Part shown: one piece after another, positions 25,844 to 38,683 of the stretch
How positions within the stretch are numbered: position 1 is the stretch's first letter
Layout: each line of letters starts with the position of its first letter
From: Eledone cirrhosa
Taxonomy: Eukaryota
Reading direction: 5' to 3'
NCBI GenBank assembly: GCA_964016885.1
Contig: OZ024742.1
Location: 101,494,001 to 101,558,000 of the forward strand
Length of the DNA: 64,000 bases
Position numbers and translations under genes: made by a program
Notes under the pieces: generated by a model
The model's input: only the letters and a program-made list of their open reading frames with translations
Databases searched by the model: none
What the model was told of the DNA's origin: nothing

Positions 25844-26180
25844 ATAAGTGTACTGGGTGCATTTTATAATGACACCACCACTAGAGATGATTCCTTTTTC
25901 CTGTAAGGCAAAAGAGTCTACTCTCTACACTGTCACACCTGTCTTTTTAAGGCAGGCCCAATAGTGTGATTTGAAGAGGAGTGATTACAATTTACCTGTA
26001 ACAATAATTCTAATGAGTCTGGTAGATTGCAACTGATACTAAACTTCCATCAAAATTTATGGAAGCAAATAATAGATACTTCAATTATCATCATTCTGTT
26101 TTTTACACAAATAAGAAAAAGAATCCTCATACACAAGATGTAAAAGAAATATATATATATTTTTTTTAATGGAAGCTTAC

Positions 26181-26321
26181 CAAATACATTGGTGATCGTT
26201 TCATAAAGGGAATGAGTGAGTAGTGGTTCAGTGAGGCCTTGAAAATATTCATTTACTGCACGGAATACATCCTTCTCAAAACCTGGATATACATCAAAGT
26301 TATCATCCACTTTATTTGGCC
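26181..26321 (-). CDS. DEPDC1: DEPDC1 exon 7 (start of RhoGAP-like region)
   Basis: tttgcag acceptor. WPNKVDDNFDVYPGFEKDVFRAVNEYFQGLTEPLLTHSLYETITNVF. GTAAGC donor. 141 nt, phase 1->1. Confidence 0.94.
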
Positions 26322-26752
26322 CTGCAAAAATATTTATGACAAAACTATACATTATTGCCAAAAGTTCATATATTAAATATAAAGAAATATTAAGGTAAAG
26401 TACATAATAGCAATTTTTCTATTGATTTCAGTCATTAGAGTGTGGCCACGCTGGAGCACTACTTTTCAATATCTTTATTTTATATGAAGCCATGCTTGTG
26501 GAGAAATGTTTACTTTTTTCTGCATTCAGTACTTTAATCAATTTATTCAACCATTACTCGTAGTTGTCAATTATTATTATAGTTATTTACATTGTGACAA
26601 AAGTGAAGGTGCATGATTCTGAGCTTGATTCCAAGACTGGGCAGCACCTTATGCCCTTGAGCAAGATACTTATTTCCTGTTGCTCCAGTCCACATATCTG
26701 GCAAAAATGAGTTGTACCTGTAATTCAAGGGGCCAGCCTTATTACACATTGT

Positions 26753-29700
26753 CATCATCATCATCACCGTTTTACGTCCATTCTTCCACGCTAGCATGGG
26801 TTAGACGGGTTGTCTTGTTGTGGGCAGTGTCTGGTCGGCTGACCATGTCTTACTCATACAGGAACTGATTTTGGCTGGATTTCTACGGCTGGATGCCCTT
26901 CCTAACACCAACCTCATTTACAGTGAGTGCTGGGTGCTTTCTCGTGGCACCTACACGTTTACTTTACAGTGTGGGCTGGGTGCTTTTTTGCCGTGGCACC
27001 TCCACGACCACCTTGCAGTGGGGGGTGTGAGGGCATATTGTCTATATGCTTCAGCTTGTACCCATGGGAGGTCGGGTACTCTGTATTACTGCGTGACGCC
27101 AGAGGTCATGGTCGTGTGTCATCGCCTTTGAGAGGTGTAATTGGGTAAGGTCGGCTTTTATCACCTCATCCCAGGTCATCTTGGGTCTCCCCACTCCGCG
27201 GTTTCCATCGACTTCTAGTGCTCTGCACCTTTTTATGCAGCTGTCATCCTTCATACGCATCAGATGTGCATACCAGCGCAACCGCCTCTCCTGCACACAG
27301 CATTTGATTCCTCTTATGCTCAGTCTCCCTCTCAATTCATCTATGCTTTGTCGTTCACGTATATTACTGTTACACATCCATCGGAGCATGCAAGCTTCGT
27401 TTCTCTCTAATCTACGCAAGTCTTCCACCTTCAGCGCCCAGGTCTCACTACCATATAACATCGCTGTTCGGATACACGGATCATACAGTCTGCCTTTCAT
27501 TTTGAGGGAGAAGCTTTTGCAGCTAGCAGTGGTAGTAGTTCCCTAAACTTCTTCCATCCCGTTCTTACCCTAGATATTGTACTTTCTGAACACCCACCTC
27601 TGCTGCTAATTCGGTCACCTAGGTAGCAGAAGCTGTCTACTGTTACTACAGAGCCCTCCCAGAGATTGGTGGTACTTGTTTCCTGTGGCTGTTTGCTGCT
27701 TGCTGTCCCAGCACAGCTGCTGCATGTGAAGTCTACATTCTTAATTAAGCTTCCCGAGATTCCGCTACATCTCTTGTGTACCCATTGTTTGCATTTGGGG
27801 CAGAGAATGGAGTTCCTACCTACACCTTTCCTACATACTGAGCAAGGCTATTCCCCTGAGGGGATCTGGGTTCTGTTTTCTCGTCTACTTACAAGGACCT
27901 TAGTCTTTGTCATGTTGACTTTGAGACCCTTTCTTTCTAGTCCCTGCTTCCAAGTTTGGAATTTCTTCTCTAGTTCTACCATAGATTCAGCTATAAGTGC
28001 GAGGTCATCAGCATACAGGAGTTCCCATGGGCATCCGGTCTTAAACTCCTCCGTTATTGCCTGCAGGACTATGATAAACAGGAGGGGCTAAGAACAGAGC
28101 CCTGGTGGACCCCAACCTGTACGCTAAATTCCTCGCTATACTCATTGCTAATCCTAACTTTGCTGACTGCTCCCCTATACATGGCTTGTACCGCCTTCAC
28201 AAGCCATTCATCTACTCCTAGTTTTCTAAGAGCCCACCAGATTACAGCACGTGGAACTCTGTCAAAGGCTTTCTCAAGGTCGACAAATGCCAGGTAGAGT
28301 GGCTTACTTTTAGCTAGGTACTTTTCCTGTAACTGCCTGACAAGGAAGAGGGCATCAGTGGTGCCTCTTCCTGGTACAAACCCAAATTGCATCTCTAGTT
28401 TCACCCGGTCCCTAATCAACTGTGCTATAACTCTTTCTGTTACTTTCATGACCTGGTCCATCAGCTTTATACCTCTATAGTTTCCTCTATCTAGTGCATC
28501 ACCTTTACCTTTGTAGCAGTTGACAATGATGCTACTGCACCAATCTTTTGGTATGACACCTTCTAGTATTACCTGGTTAACAATACGTGTGGTTATAGTG
28601 TGACCTATAGACCCAGATGCCTTCAGCATCTCGGCAGCTATACCCGATGGACCGGTTGCCTTCCCCATCTTCATATCTTTGATTGCCTTACTTACTACGT
28701 TGCTGCTGACTTGTACTGCTGGCCCCTCTATAGGGTCTACTTGGGGTAGGGTCTCTTCTTCCCATGCATTCTCCTCATTTAGTAATCTATCATAATGACT
28801 CTTCCATGCATCTTTCTTCTCAGCACTTGTGAGGGTAAGCTCACCTTTATCATTCCGGATACACTTCTCTCCAATGACATCATAATTCTCTCTGACACAC
28901 TGCCTCGCAATCTTGAACACCTCCTGTTTCTGGTCCTCACGTTGCAAAACATGCTTGAATTTTCTATCCTCTGCTTACCTCCTAGCTAAGTCTACTTGTC
29001 GCCTAGCTACCCTCTTGGTCTCTATGTAATGTACCCTGCTCCCCTCGTTCTTCCATTCTTTCCATGCCTGTCTCTTGGCCTTAACTGCCTCATCTACCTT
29101 ATTGTTCCACCACCAAGTCACTCTCCTCCTGCTTGAGGTCTTACTCCAGCCACAGACCTCATCCGTCGCCTCTAGTAAGTTATTTTTTAGGAACTCCCAG
29201 TTCTCTTCTACATTGAATGTCTCTATCTGTTCTTCTTTACTGTCGTAGGCGTTGAGTAAAATATCTTTAAATCTGTTACTGGTTGAGGGGTCTTTCAGCT
29301 TCCAGATCTTTCTTCTCCAGGTTGGCCTCTGTTTCCAGGTTCGTCTAGTTCTGACTGTGAGGTCGCTGACAACTAAGCTATGTTGGGATGTACATTCCTC
29401 ACTAGGGAAGGCTTTTGTGATTACGACTGTCCATCTGTCACGTCCTCTGATGAGGATAAAATCTAACTGGCTAGAGTGCTCCCCTGATCTATAGGTGATC
29501 AGGTGGTTGTCGGGTTTTTTAAAGTTTGTGTTACATATCGACATGTCATTGGCATCGCAGAATTCTAGAAGTCTGAATCTTTCCTCATTTCTTGTGCCAA
29601 CCCCATGGCCTCCATTTACTCTATTGAAGCCGTCGCAGTGTTTACCTACGTGTCCGTTAAAATCTCCTGCGATGATTAGGAAGTCATTGTCGTCTGTTAG

Positions 29701-29779
29701 AGCAGTAGTGTGTATTAGGGACTCGTAAAACCTATCCTTAAGTTCGTCTGGCAGCCCCGATTGGGGTGCGTAAGCTGAT
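26753..29779 (-). mobile_element. RTE-clade LINE, 5'-truncated, disrupted (part of APE endonuclease + RT + 3'UTR)
   Basis: ORFs 28975..29544, 28069..28947 (FVDLEKAFDRV, GVHQGSVLSP) and 27051..27500. (GAT)n tail. 7-bp TSD ACATTGT at 26746-26752 and 29780-29786. Splits an older SINE. Confidence 0.93.
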
Positions 29780-30080
29780 ACATTGTGTCACACTGAATCT
29801 CCCTGAGAACTACATTAAGGATGAACTACTTTAATTTTATGGGCTGGCAGTTCCGCTGTAAAGTGGTTGGCCTTAGGAAGGGATTCCAGCTGTAGAAACC
29901 AACTCAAAACAAAGCATGCTAGCAGAACCTAGTCACCAGACTCATCTGTGCCTCAGCATGCAACAAATGTCTAATCTATGCAAGCATGGAAAATAGATCT
30001 AAACAGTGATGATGATTAAAATTACTTGAACCTTTCTTCACAGCAGAAATGAAATATAAAAGAAATATACTTAAACTTAC

Positions 30081-30128
30081 AATGAACAAGGCATTTCATT
30101 GCAGAAAGGATCCAATGAGGTAGTTGAT
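30081..30128 (-). CDS. DEPDC1: DEPDC1 exon 6
   Basis: tttccag acceptor. DQLPHWILSAMKCLVH(W), the family motif DLPHWVLSAMKCL. GTAAGT donor. 48 nt, phase 1->1. Confidence 0.94.
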
Positions 30129-31046
30129 CTGGAAAGGTAAAAAAATTATGGTAATTATAGTATTTCAAATACATTGTAAATGAGAAATAGTATGTATATA
30201 TAAGTTTGTCGTGGATGGACATGTGATGCATATGGAGGATGACAGCTGTATAAAAAGATGCACTGCATTCAAAATTGATGAAACTACGGAAGAGGAAGGC
30301 TTGGGATGAAGTGATAAAAGCTGACCTTGCACAATTAAACCTCAGAAGGATCGATATCTCTGGTATTATGCTGTACCCGCCTTCCTATGTGCAGGTACAA
30401 CACAATGAAACAAATATGTAGAGGTCACTAGTCTGCACTAATCTTCTCTTTACTCCTCCCCAGTCTTAACACCACACCACCAGCTAAATAGCCCACACAC
30501 CTCATCCATGTTGAACCCCCACCAAAAAAAACCCTCATGCCTGGTACACCTCACCTGCCCAACCCATGCATACAAATGTGAAAGCTGGACTTGTTCTACA
30601 TCTGATCTCCCACAATGCTGTTGCCATAACAAAAAAAGCACTAAGTTCACCCTGTATGGTGACCTGGTGACACAACAACAAAATCACCCAGTCAATCCTA
30701 TATGATGGTTGGCTGGTGACATGACAAAAAAATGCCCAGTCTAACCTGTAAGGTGGTCGTGCTGGTGACACAATGAAAAAGCACCCAGTCCACTCTGTTA
30801 GATGGTCATTTTAGTGTCACCATAAAAAGCACCCAGTCCACCCTGTCAGATGGTTGTGTTAGGAAGGGCATCCAGCTATAGAAACCAAGCCCAAATCAAT
30901 TCTGTGTGAGCAAGACATGGTCATCTGATCTGGCTTGTCTCATAATAGGACAGCTCGTCTAACCCATGCTAGCAGGGGAAAAAAAAAATCGACATTAAAC
31001 GATGACAATGATATATATATATATATAAATACACACACACACACAC

Positions 31047-31080
<34 letters not shown>

Positions 31081-31207
31081 ATATATATTTACCATCATGC
31101 TCATCATCCTTTATTGTTAGAGTGTCTTTTACAGGAAACTTTGGAGAAAGCTTCACAAGGATATTTTCAAGAAAGCATTATAAAAACAAGTATAAAACTG
31201 AACTAAC

Positions 31208-31338
31208 CTTTGGTATTTACATTACCAACAACCCCACTTTTGTTTACATACAGACTGTTGTGCATTATATGTCGGCCATTAACCAATGAAGCATCCAAGA
31301 ATTCTTCTAGAACATTGTAACCAATTGTCTTCTGTAGT
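31208..31338 (-). CDS. DEPDC1: DEPDC1 exon 5
   Basis: ttttcag acceptor. LQKTIGYNVLEEFLDASLVNGRHIMHNSLYVNKSGVVGNVNTK. GTTAGT donor. 131 nt, phase 2->1. Confidence 0.92.
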
Positions 31339-31861
31339 CTGAAAACAAAATTAAAAGTAAGTTTTAAGGCAGATTAGATTTTAATATGTAATACACACAA
31401 AAAAATAGCTTGTGTTTTGTAGCATAGTGTTGACGTCTTTGAACTGCAAGTAATCCTTTCGCGAATGTCCTAATATCTTATGGCATTCAAACTGTAGGAT
31501 CTCTTTGTTTTGGAGTATTGTGCACTGACTCTGTAGCGTGCCACTTCTTAACCAACATTTGTTTCATTCTCTTTGCCAGTACACTGTTACTTGGAAACTT
31601 CACCCCAAAAATTTCACGCATTTTTTGTTTAGTGATTATAAGTGGTCAAAATAAAACAATGACACTTGCAAATGAAAGGCTGAGTGCTTTTTCATGTGTG
31701 TAAATTTATTTCTGTATTTTTACTATGTTACGTTCCGTTTTTTCGTATCCCACCCTGTAGTTAAAGTCAATTTTGAAGTTGTAAATGTTTGGCAAGAGAT
31801 TTGATCTGGGATAGTGTATGGAAACTAAACAAAAATTACATCATGAAAGCGTTATTATATA

Positions 31862-32890
31862 CTAGCATTAAAGCCTGGCGTTGCTCGGGGTCAGTAAGTT
31901 ACCAAAGTTAAGTTGCACCACCCATTTTATGGCAGCACTTTTTTGTCTGCCAGGCACTGGGTGAATGAATTGCAGACCTGGACTGCCGAAGCAGGAGTTG
32001 CGCCAGCAGTGACAATTGTAGTTTTGCCTATGGATATTATCTCTGTGCAAAGAAGTGTTGAAATTTATTGTTTCACAGTACTTGCGCAACATGCGTGTAC
32101 ACGATGCCAGCTGAACAACAGAGCTGTGATGGAGTTGTTCTGCATGGTTGTCTAATGTGTGTTTTCTAAATTTAAGAGAGTAGGGAGGGGTGTGATATGG
32201 AGGAGAGTTAGCTGCTGTTTCTAGCAGGTTTAGTGACCTCATAGAGGATATGTGTTTTCTAAATTTAAGACAGTTGGGAGGGGTGTGATATGGGGGAGAG
32301 TTAGCTGCTGTTTCTAGCAGGTTTAGTGACCTCATGGAGGATATTATTGTGTATAGTAAATAAACTGATACTTCTTTCTTCCACGTTCGTTGAGAGATGT
32401 TTTAAAAATGATTTATCGCTATTTTTTTTGTTGTTGAATAAATTTATCTGTTGCTTTTGAATAATTGTTGTCATTGAAGTAAATAAATGTCTGACGATTC
32501 CACACTCAAAAACAAACGTGCTCTCTCTCTCACTCTCTTCTTCATTTCTTTCTCTCTTCTTTCTTCGGCGTTACTAAAGGAAGTTTGTAAGTTTAAGCAT
32601 ATATAAGAGAAAGTAGCAGCATGTATGTAGTTTTATCGAATTTTAAGGGGAGTAGAGAGAGGTAAGCAGATTCTATTAGAGGGGTAAAGCGTCATGTATT
32701 TAGTTTTATCGATTATTTCCGTAATTGTGAGCGAGTTTGAAATAAATAAATAGTCGTTGACCTAAGTTAGACCATTTACAACATTCTTACAGACTTTGAG
32801 TCGAATCGGTTTGAAATTGTGCAAATGTATAAACATGGAACATGCGCACACACACACACACACACACAACAACAATCTGCCTCTTATAGA
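31862..32890 (-). mobile_element. Non-autonomous Helitron
   Basis: Minus strand has A|TCTATAAG at the 5' end and hairpin CCCGAGCAACGCCAGG then CTAG|T at the 3' end. A^T target, no TSD. Internal 93-bp tandem duplication at 32158-32343. Confidence 0.75.
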
Positions 32891-33389
32891 TAATGATAAT
32901 GATAAGCTATTTAAAACACACGTGTACAGTTATATTTACTTTTTTAATTATTTTTTAGTGGTAGTATTGAGAGGAAAGTGTTAAATGTTGTACATCAAAA
33001 GCTTGATCACTGATACAATTCCACCTATTTATTTTATGTTCACTTTCTATGCTGGCATGAGTTAGACAGGTTGTCATGGTCTAAGAGAAGATAAGTCAGA
33101 GCAACCTCATCTTACTCGCTATGTTCCATATTTCGCATAGTTTCTATGGCTAGATGCATTTTTACATGGCACCTGGGTGCATTTTAAATTTAAATTAATT
33201 AAAAAGACATATATGATGGTAATAATTATATATACATATATATATTGTTATACTTTGGGGGGGTCATACTGCCAATTCAAATTCAAAAACGAAATATATA
33301 TATATATATATTGAATAAAAAGTACAACAAAATAAATAATTGGCCAAATTAAAATTGCAATCTTCTCAAAAATATTAATAATTCAAATT

Positions 33390-33628
33390 TTAACCCTTTA
33401 GTTACCAGCCCGGCCAAAACCAGTTCTGGTTCTATGAAATAAAGCCACTCATTTTAAAGGTTTCCAATTTAAATTAAAATCTTCCAACATAATTTTACAT
33501 AAGAACATTACATAAATAGTTATCTTAGTTATGAAATAATTAATAATTTTAGTAAATCCCTCAAAATTCGACAATAATTAATTGAAATAGAGTGTATTGC
33601 ATTAGAAATGCGGTCATGAAGGGGTTAA
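33390..33628. mobile_element. Second TTAA-flanked MITE family (decayed copies near 7370-7610, 9840-10110, 18500-18695, 34201-34340, 39953-40168)
   Basis: TTAACCCTTT.GTTACC...GGT(A/C)AT.AAGGGTTAA termini with a shared internal sequence. Confidence 0.7.
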
Positions 33629-33641
33629 ACATTTTACAAAC

Positions 33642-33863
33642 CTGTGTAATGTGACCATTTTCCAAACTCCTTCCATTGCTTCCAAAGATAAGGGTTTAGC
33701 AACTAGATGACATTTAGGTATTGTCTGAGGTTTGATTTTTGTGGTATGTTTAGATTTTTCATTTTTTGTTAATACTATCTTTTGTCCAGGAGCAGCATTC
33801 ATTAAATCCATCCGTGCACTGAGAGGGACACGAGCATCTTTAGCAGGAGAACTTTGGTTGAAC
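33642..33863 (-). CDS. DEPDC1: DEPDC1 exon 4
   Basis: ctactag acceptor. FNQSSPAKDARVPLSARMDL...EGVWKMVTLH(R). GTTTGT donor. 222 nt, phase 2->2. Confidence 0.88.
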
Positions 33864-34031
33864 CTAGTAGATATAGAAATGACAATTCAATTTTAATTTT
33901 ACTTCACATGATATTAGCATATATACATTGAAACAATGTTAGTTGAAAAACAAAACATAAAAAAAGGTGTAAATAATAAGGGAGTAATTAGAGAAGCTGG
34001 ATCTATAAATAATTTAAATACCACAACATAC

Positions 34032-34139
34032 CGATAGACACGACTTCCTTCAGAAAACTCTCGCTTCTTTTTGCCTCCTTGTACATCTTCAAATATCCTG
34101 GCTTTCAGTAATTTACCCATTAACTGTACTGTTTGTTGC
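34032..34139 (-). CDS. DEPDC1: DEPDC1 exon 3 (DEP domain)
   Basis: tttttag acceptor. (K)QQTVQLMGKLLKARIFEDVQGGKKKREFSEGSRVY(R). GTATG donor. 108 nt, phase 2->2. Confidence 0.93.
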
Positions 34140-34351
34140 CTAAAAATAAAAGACACTGGCTGGTTTAGAAATTAAAGAGTCAACCAGTCATAACCACGCA
34201 TTAACCCTTTCGTTACCATATTTCTAATAAAAGACACTGCCTATAATGTTCAAATCATTTTGAAAATTATCAAAAATTCAGAGGGTTTTACTAATATTAT
34301 AATTAACTTTATTATTATTAGGCTGGTATTTGAAAAATAACATAACAAAAG

Positions 34352-34920
34352 CAATACCGCAGTGAATCCATGGATGAAAAACTGCAATGCTTATCAGCAA
34401 AAAATTATGCATGGATATGTTGCCAGGAGGTTCCAAAGTGAGAGTAATATCGATAAGCAAGCTAGTCTATCTTGGACCAACAACTGCTATATTGGCTCTC
34501 ACTTTGAAGGATATGCTTTTGCAATCCAAGAACAGGAAATCAATACAAAATACCTGATTCAAAAAAGAGATAGCATACAGGCAAAACACCCAGATGTGAC
34601 AACAAACACAGATTCTGCAGAATTAACATCAAAGATGTCACCCATGTCATAAGCAGCTGTCCAAAGATGTCATCATGGTACTATCTACCTACGAGGCATG
34701 ATGTAGTAGCCAAAACACTATACAATGCAATCCATAGAAAAGATAGCCCCAACAATGAATATATTAAAAGTTACAGTAATGTGGAAGACATATACATACA
34801 TATTATGAAAGAGAACTGGTGGAATGTTCCAGTCAAAACCCCAATAAAATGCAAGCATAAAAGACCAGATATAATGATATGGGACAGGGAAAATAAGGTA
34901 TACACAGTATTAAGATGTTG
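34352..34920 (+). mobile_element. Fragment of an R4-like (RLE-type) non-LTR retrotransposon C-terminus
   Basis: MHG...EGYAFAIQEQEINTKY, decayed CCHC knuckle (HVISSC), RHDVVAK and KRPDIMIWD endonuclease motif across ORFs 34362..34652 and 34667..34924. Confidence 0.78.
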
Positions 34921-34983
34921 TTGATGATGATGATGAAATTGCAGAAGTGGAATTTAAATAAATAAAAAAAATGCAGTTCTCAC

Positions 34984-35141
34984 TTGGTAACATCTGAGCC
35001 AAAATTTGGATTACTTTTCAGATATCTATGCATCCATTCTAGTGCTTCTGTTGCCGTAAAAGCTTTATCATAAACCTTCATATAACGGCGCCGTCTTCCA
35101 GTAGGTATGCTCTGCTTGAAAGCTCGGATAATTGTGTTCCA
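34984..35141 (-). CDS. DEPDC1: DEPDC1 exon 2 (DEP domain)
   Basis: cctgtag acceptor. WNTIIRAFKQSIPTGRRRRYMKVYDKAFTATEALEWMHRYLKSNPNFGSDVT. GTGAG donor. 158 nt, phase 0->2. Confidence 0.93.
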
Positions 35142-35375
35142 CTACAGGAAAGAGAGAAAATTAAAATTATTACTACAAACAAACAATTCCTAGAAATAAT
35201 TTTTGCCAAGATAAAAATTATTTTAGCTAATGCAAGACAACTGTGATCATCAAAATAGATATCTTTAAAACCTAAGCATCCTCTGCTCAACCATTTTGTT
35301 ACATTATTTCTAATGAAACACTTTGTATTTTAATTAATGGAGAATTTGGGAAGGATTTACTAAAATTATTATTTC

Positions 35376-36643
35376 AGTGTGTAGCGCTCTCTAGACAAGG
35401 GAAGTAGCTGGAGTTACTTCCCGTTGAAATTCCAGAACCTTCCTTGTAACTTCCGTCCAGGGAACTATAAAAGAGGGAGCTCAAAGCTATCTTTCTCTCT
35501 TTTCACCTCTTGGCCGCCTGGCCAAGTAAGGCCAGGCATGGTTACACCAAAGGTATACTCTCTTTCTGCCAGTTTCTTCTCAAGCTGACAACACCGAGCA
35601 CAAGCATAACATTCTTCGAATCACACCTCATGGTTCTGGACTATACCTCATAATGCTACGTAGACATTTGTTTATTACACTTTTGTAATATGGACTGCAA
35701 ATAAATCAAGTTACTTTTGATACTCGGCTGAGAGAAAATTATTACGCTTTAATCATTACCTTTTGTAGTGAGAGATGACTCACACGAGACACGAATTTGT
35801 AGGAAGATCTATCCTTTTTTCTTTCTTAAATTTAGTAGTTAGGTTCCAGTGGTACTTACTGGAGTAAGTGACTCTGGGACCTAGCAACTACTAAAAGTGG
35901 TGACCTGCCGACGTGATATGAACACACATGGAAAAAACACAAACAAACTCTTCTTTCGTTGCAGCAAACTCATCAACAATTTGCAACCCGAAAGAACAAA
36001 AAATAAGGAACATGCAGACATACTTTTCGTTGGGACACACTTTCTTCCACCTAACGTGGAATTCGGACACAAAATTTTCTCCGACAAACAACAAGAATTC
36101 GGACACAAAAATTCCTCCAGCATTCTAGGACACAAAATTTTCTCCAATAAACAAAAAAAAAAAAAGAAATTCGAACAAAAAATTTCTCCGGCATTCAAGG
36201 ACACTTTTCCAACGAACAATAACATTTTTCTACACCTCACGTGTTGTATCAGCTAAATGTGTTTCACCTTTTTCTCGCTTGCTTGTTCAACCAGGTTTTT
36301 CCTTTTTTTCTTCATCAGTCACATTCACAGTGAGAATCAAGATGGCTGACAGCTGCCTTCTTCTTTCATTTTCGGCAGTCATCTTGTCTTTCTCATAATT
36401 TTCCCGCAAAAAAAAAAAGAATTTTTTCAAATTCAATTACCTTGCACCAGCACGTGTGTAGTGCACAAATCTCGACTTAAAGGGATACACACGCTTTGCT
36501 ATTTCTTTTCAAGGACTTGATCAGCCCAAGCTATTTTTTATATTTGCCAGTAAAAAATTTGCGACATTACAATGTCGTAAATTGGCGTTAGTTACTGTGC
36601 ATGCTCGTTTCAATGGTGACACTGGGACCTAGCACCACTAAAA
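35376..36643 (+). mobile_element. Non-coding LTR retrotransposon relic: LTR, tRNA-Trp PBS, internal region, remnant of second LTR end
   Basis: TATAAAA near 35466 and AATAAA near 35700. PBS TGGTGACCtgCCGACGTGAT at 35898-35917. LTR-end sequence 35868-35896 recurs at 36616-36643. Confidence 0.68.
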
Positions 36644-36741
36644 TTGCAAGCAGGGAAAAGCGGACGTATGATGATGATGATGATAATGACGATGATGATA
36701 TGTTTGTGGTAAAAACCTATTTTCAGTAACATTTAACAAAA

Positions 36742-38367
36742 TATGCCTCTCCTGGTCTTGATGGTGTTACGTACCTGCTTCTTAAACATGGTGGGTACTT
36801 CCTTCTGCACTAGCTATCACGCTTCTTCCAAATCTGTCTGAACAACGGTGCTACTCCAGAACAGTGGAAAACTGCCAGTGTCATTTCTCTGTTCAAAAAG
36901 GGTGACCGGACATCACCTGTGAACTATCGTCCAGTCAGTCTTACTAGTTGCATTGCCAAACTGATGGAATCCTGTGTCAGAGAAACACTTTGGAACTTCT
37001 GGAACTCTCACAGTCTTATCCAGCCCTCGCAATTTAGATTTATCCCCAACTCCAGCTGCTGTGATTAACTTATCGAGTTTCTTGAAGACATCACCTGGAT
37101 CACTGATGGCGTTCATGGGTGGATGTTGTTTACCTTGACTTTGCGAAAGCTTTCAATTCTGTGCCACACAAAAGGCTTATGGCAAAACTCTCTGCAATGG
37201 GTGTGAAGGATGATCTTTTTAACTGGTTGAAGTCCTTCATTCTCAGTCGAAGAGAGGTAGTCATGGTTCTGGGACAGCATTCATCACCATATGAGATGTC
37301 ATCTGGTGTACCACAGGGATCTGTTCTTGGCTCCCTTTTGTTTGTGGCATATATTAATGACATAGATGCCAACTTAAAGAATTCCACAGTACTAAAGTAC
37401 GCAGATGACATCAAGCTGTACCTTGAGATAAAAAGGACAGATCCTGAACACTATAGATCTTGCTTGCAGTCTGACCTGGACACAATGCAACAATGGATCT
37501 CAGACTGGCAACTCAAGCTAGCTGTGGACAAGTGCACCACCATGATTTTGGGAGTAAAAACCCAGCGTCCACATACTCCCTCCACAGCACTAATATCAAG
37601 AAGTCTTCTTGTGAATGTGACCTGGGTATTACGGTCAGCAGCGATTTGCGTTGGACGAAGCACGTCTCTAAAATTGTCAAGAGGGCTGAGGGTGTCTTAG
37701 CATCACCCAGCAAGACCTTTGTCAGCCGCTCTCCAGCTATCTATTTAAGGCTGTACATGGCTATGGTGCGGCCACACTTAGAATTTGCATCACCAGTCTG
37801 GAACCCCTATCTTACTCAGAACATTGACCACCTGGAACCTGTTCAGAGATGTGCAACCAAGTGAATACCCTTCATCAGGCATCTACCATACTCTGAACGC
37901 CTTGCTTCCCTGGGCATGGATACATTGAAGCTCTGACGCCTGGCAACTGACTTGGTAAACACCCACAAAATTGTTAACCATCTTGCCAACAACAACCCTG
38001 AGTATCTTTTTGATCTCCATGTGTCTAACACACGTGAACATGCCTACAAAATCAGAAAACAGCACAGTTCCCATGACTTTCGGAAACATTTTTTCACGCT
38101 CAGAGTTGCTGAAGCATGGAACAAACTGCCTGCGTCAGTTGTTAGCTGTCGAGACACTGCATCCTTTAAAACCTCCATGCTTCTCGAGATTCGCCAACAC
38201 TACACCTAATGTTCCCCCTCCATACACATACACACATGTATATCATGACTTATACACTATTCACTTCCCTGACATTTGTATATTATTCTATGTACTATTA
38301 TACATGCACCTTTGACGAGTTGTAGTGCACCTGAGCACTTTACACAATAATTTCATTATTATTATTA
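36742..38367 (+). mobile_element. 5'-truncated second copy of the same CR1/L2-group LINE
   Basis: Colinear with about 42528-44152, same RT motifs, 3'UTR and (ATT)n tail. Confidence 0.92.
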
Positions 38368-38683
38368 GATTTTTAAATTTATAAATAAAATAACAAATGA
38401 CTTTGCATAAAATGCTCCTTGTACAGGCCATCATAAAATAGTTTATAGTTTTTTTACTATAATCCTTCTCAATAATGAACCACTTCATTCCATTCCTAAA
38501 AACTTTTTATTTTCTTCTTTGTAAATTGTGCATCATACTTTTTTCTTTTATGAACCTTTTTTATAGCTAGTGAAATAAATGATAAGAAAAAAGAGAGAAA
38601 AGAAAAAACATAATAAAATGTTCTTATATAAAATTTTGTGGAAACAAACCTTATGAATTATTGAAGTGCTGGGAATGTTTGAA

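Noticed and set aside
35881-36256. ORFs downstream of the PBS as possible gag
   Set aside because: Low-complexity translations of short repeats with no gag or pol motifs.
38469-38497. Minus-strand WNEVVH resembling the start of DEPDC1 exon 2
   Set aside because: Stop codon immediately after. The real exon 2 is at 34984-35141.
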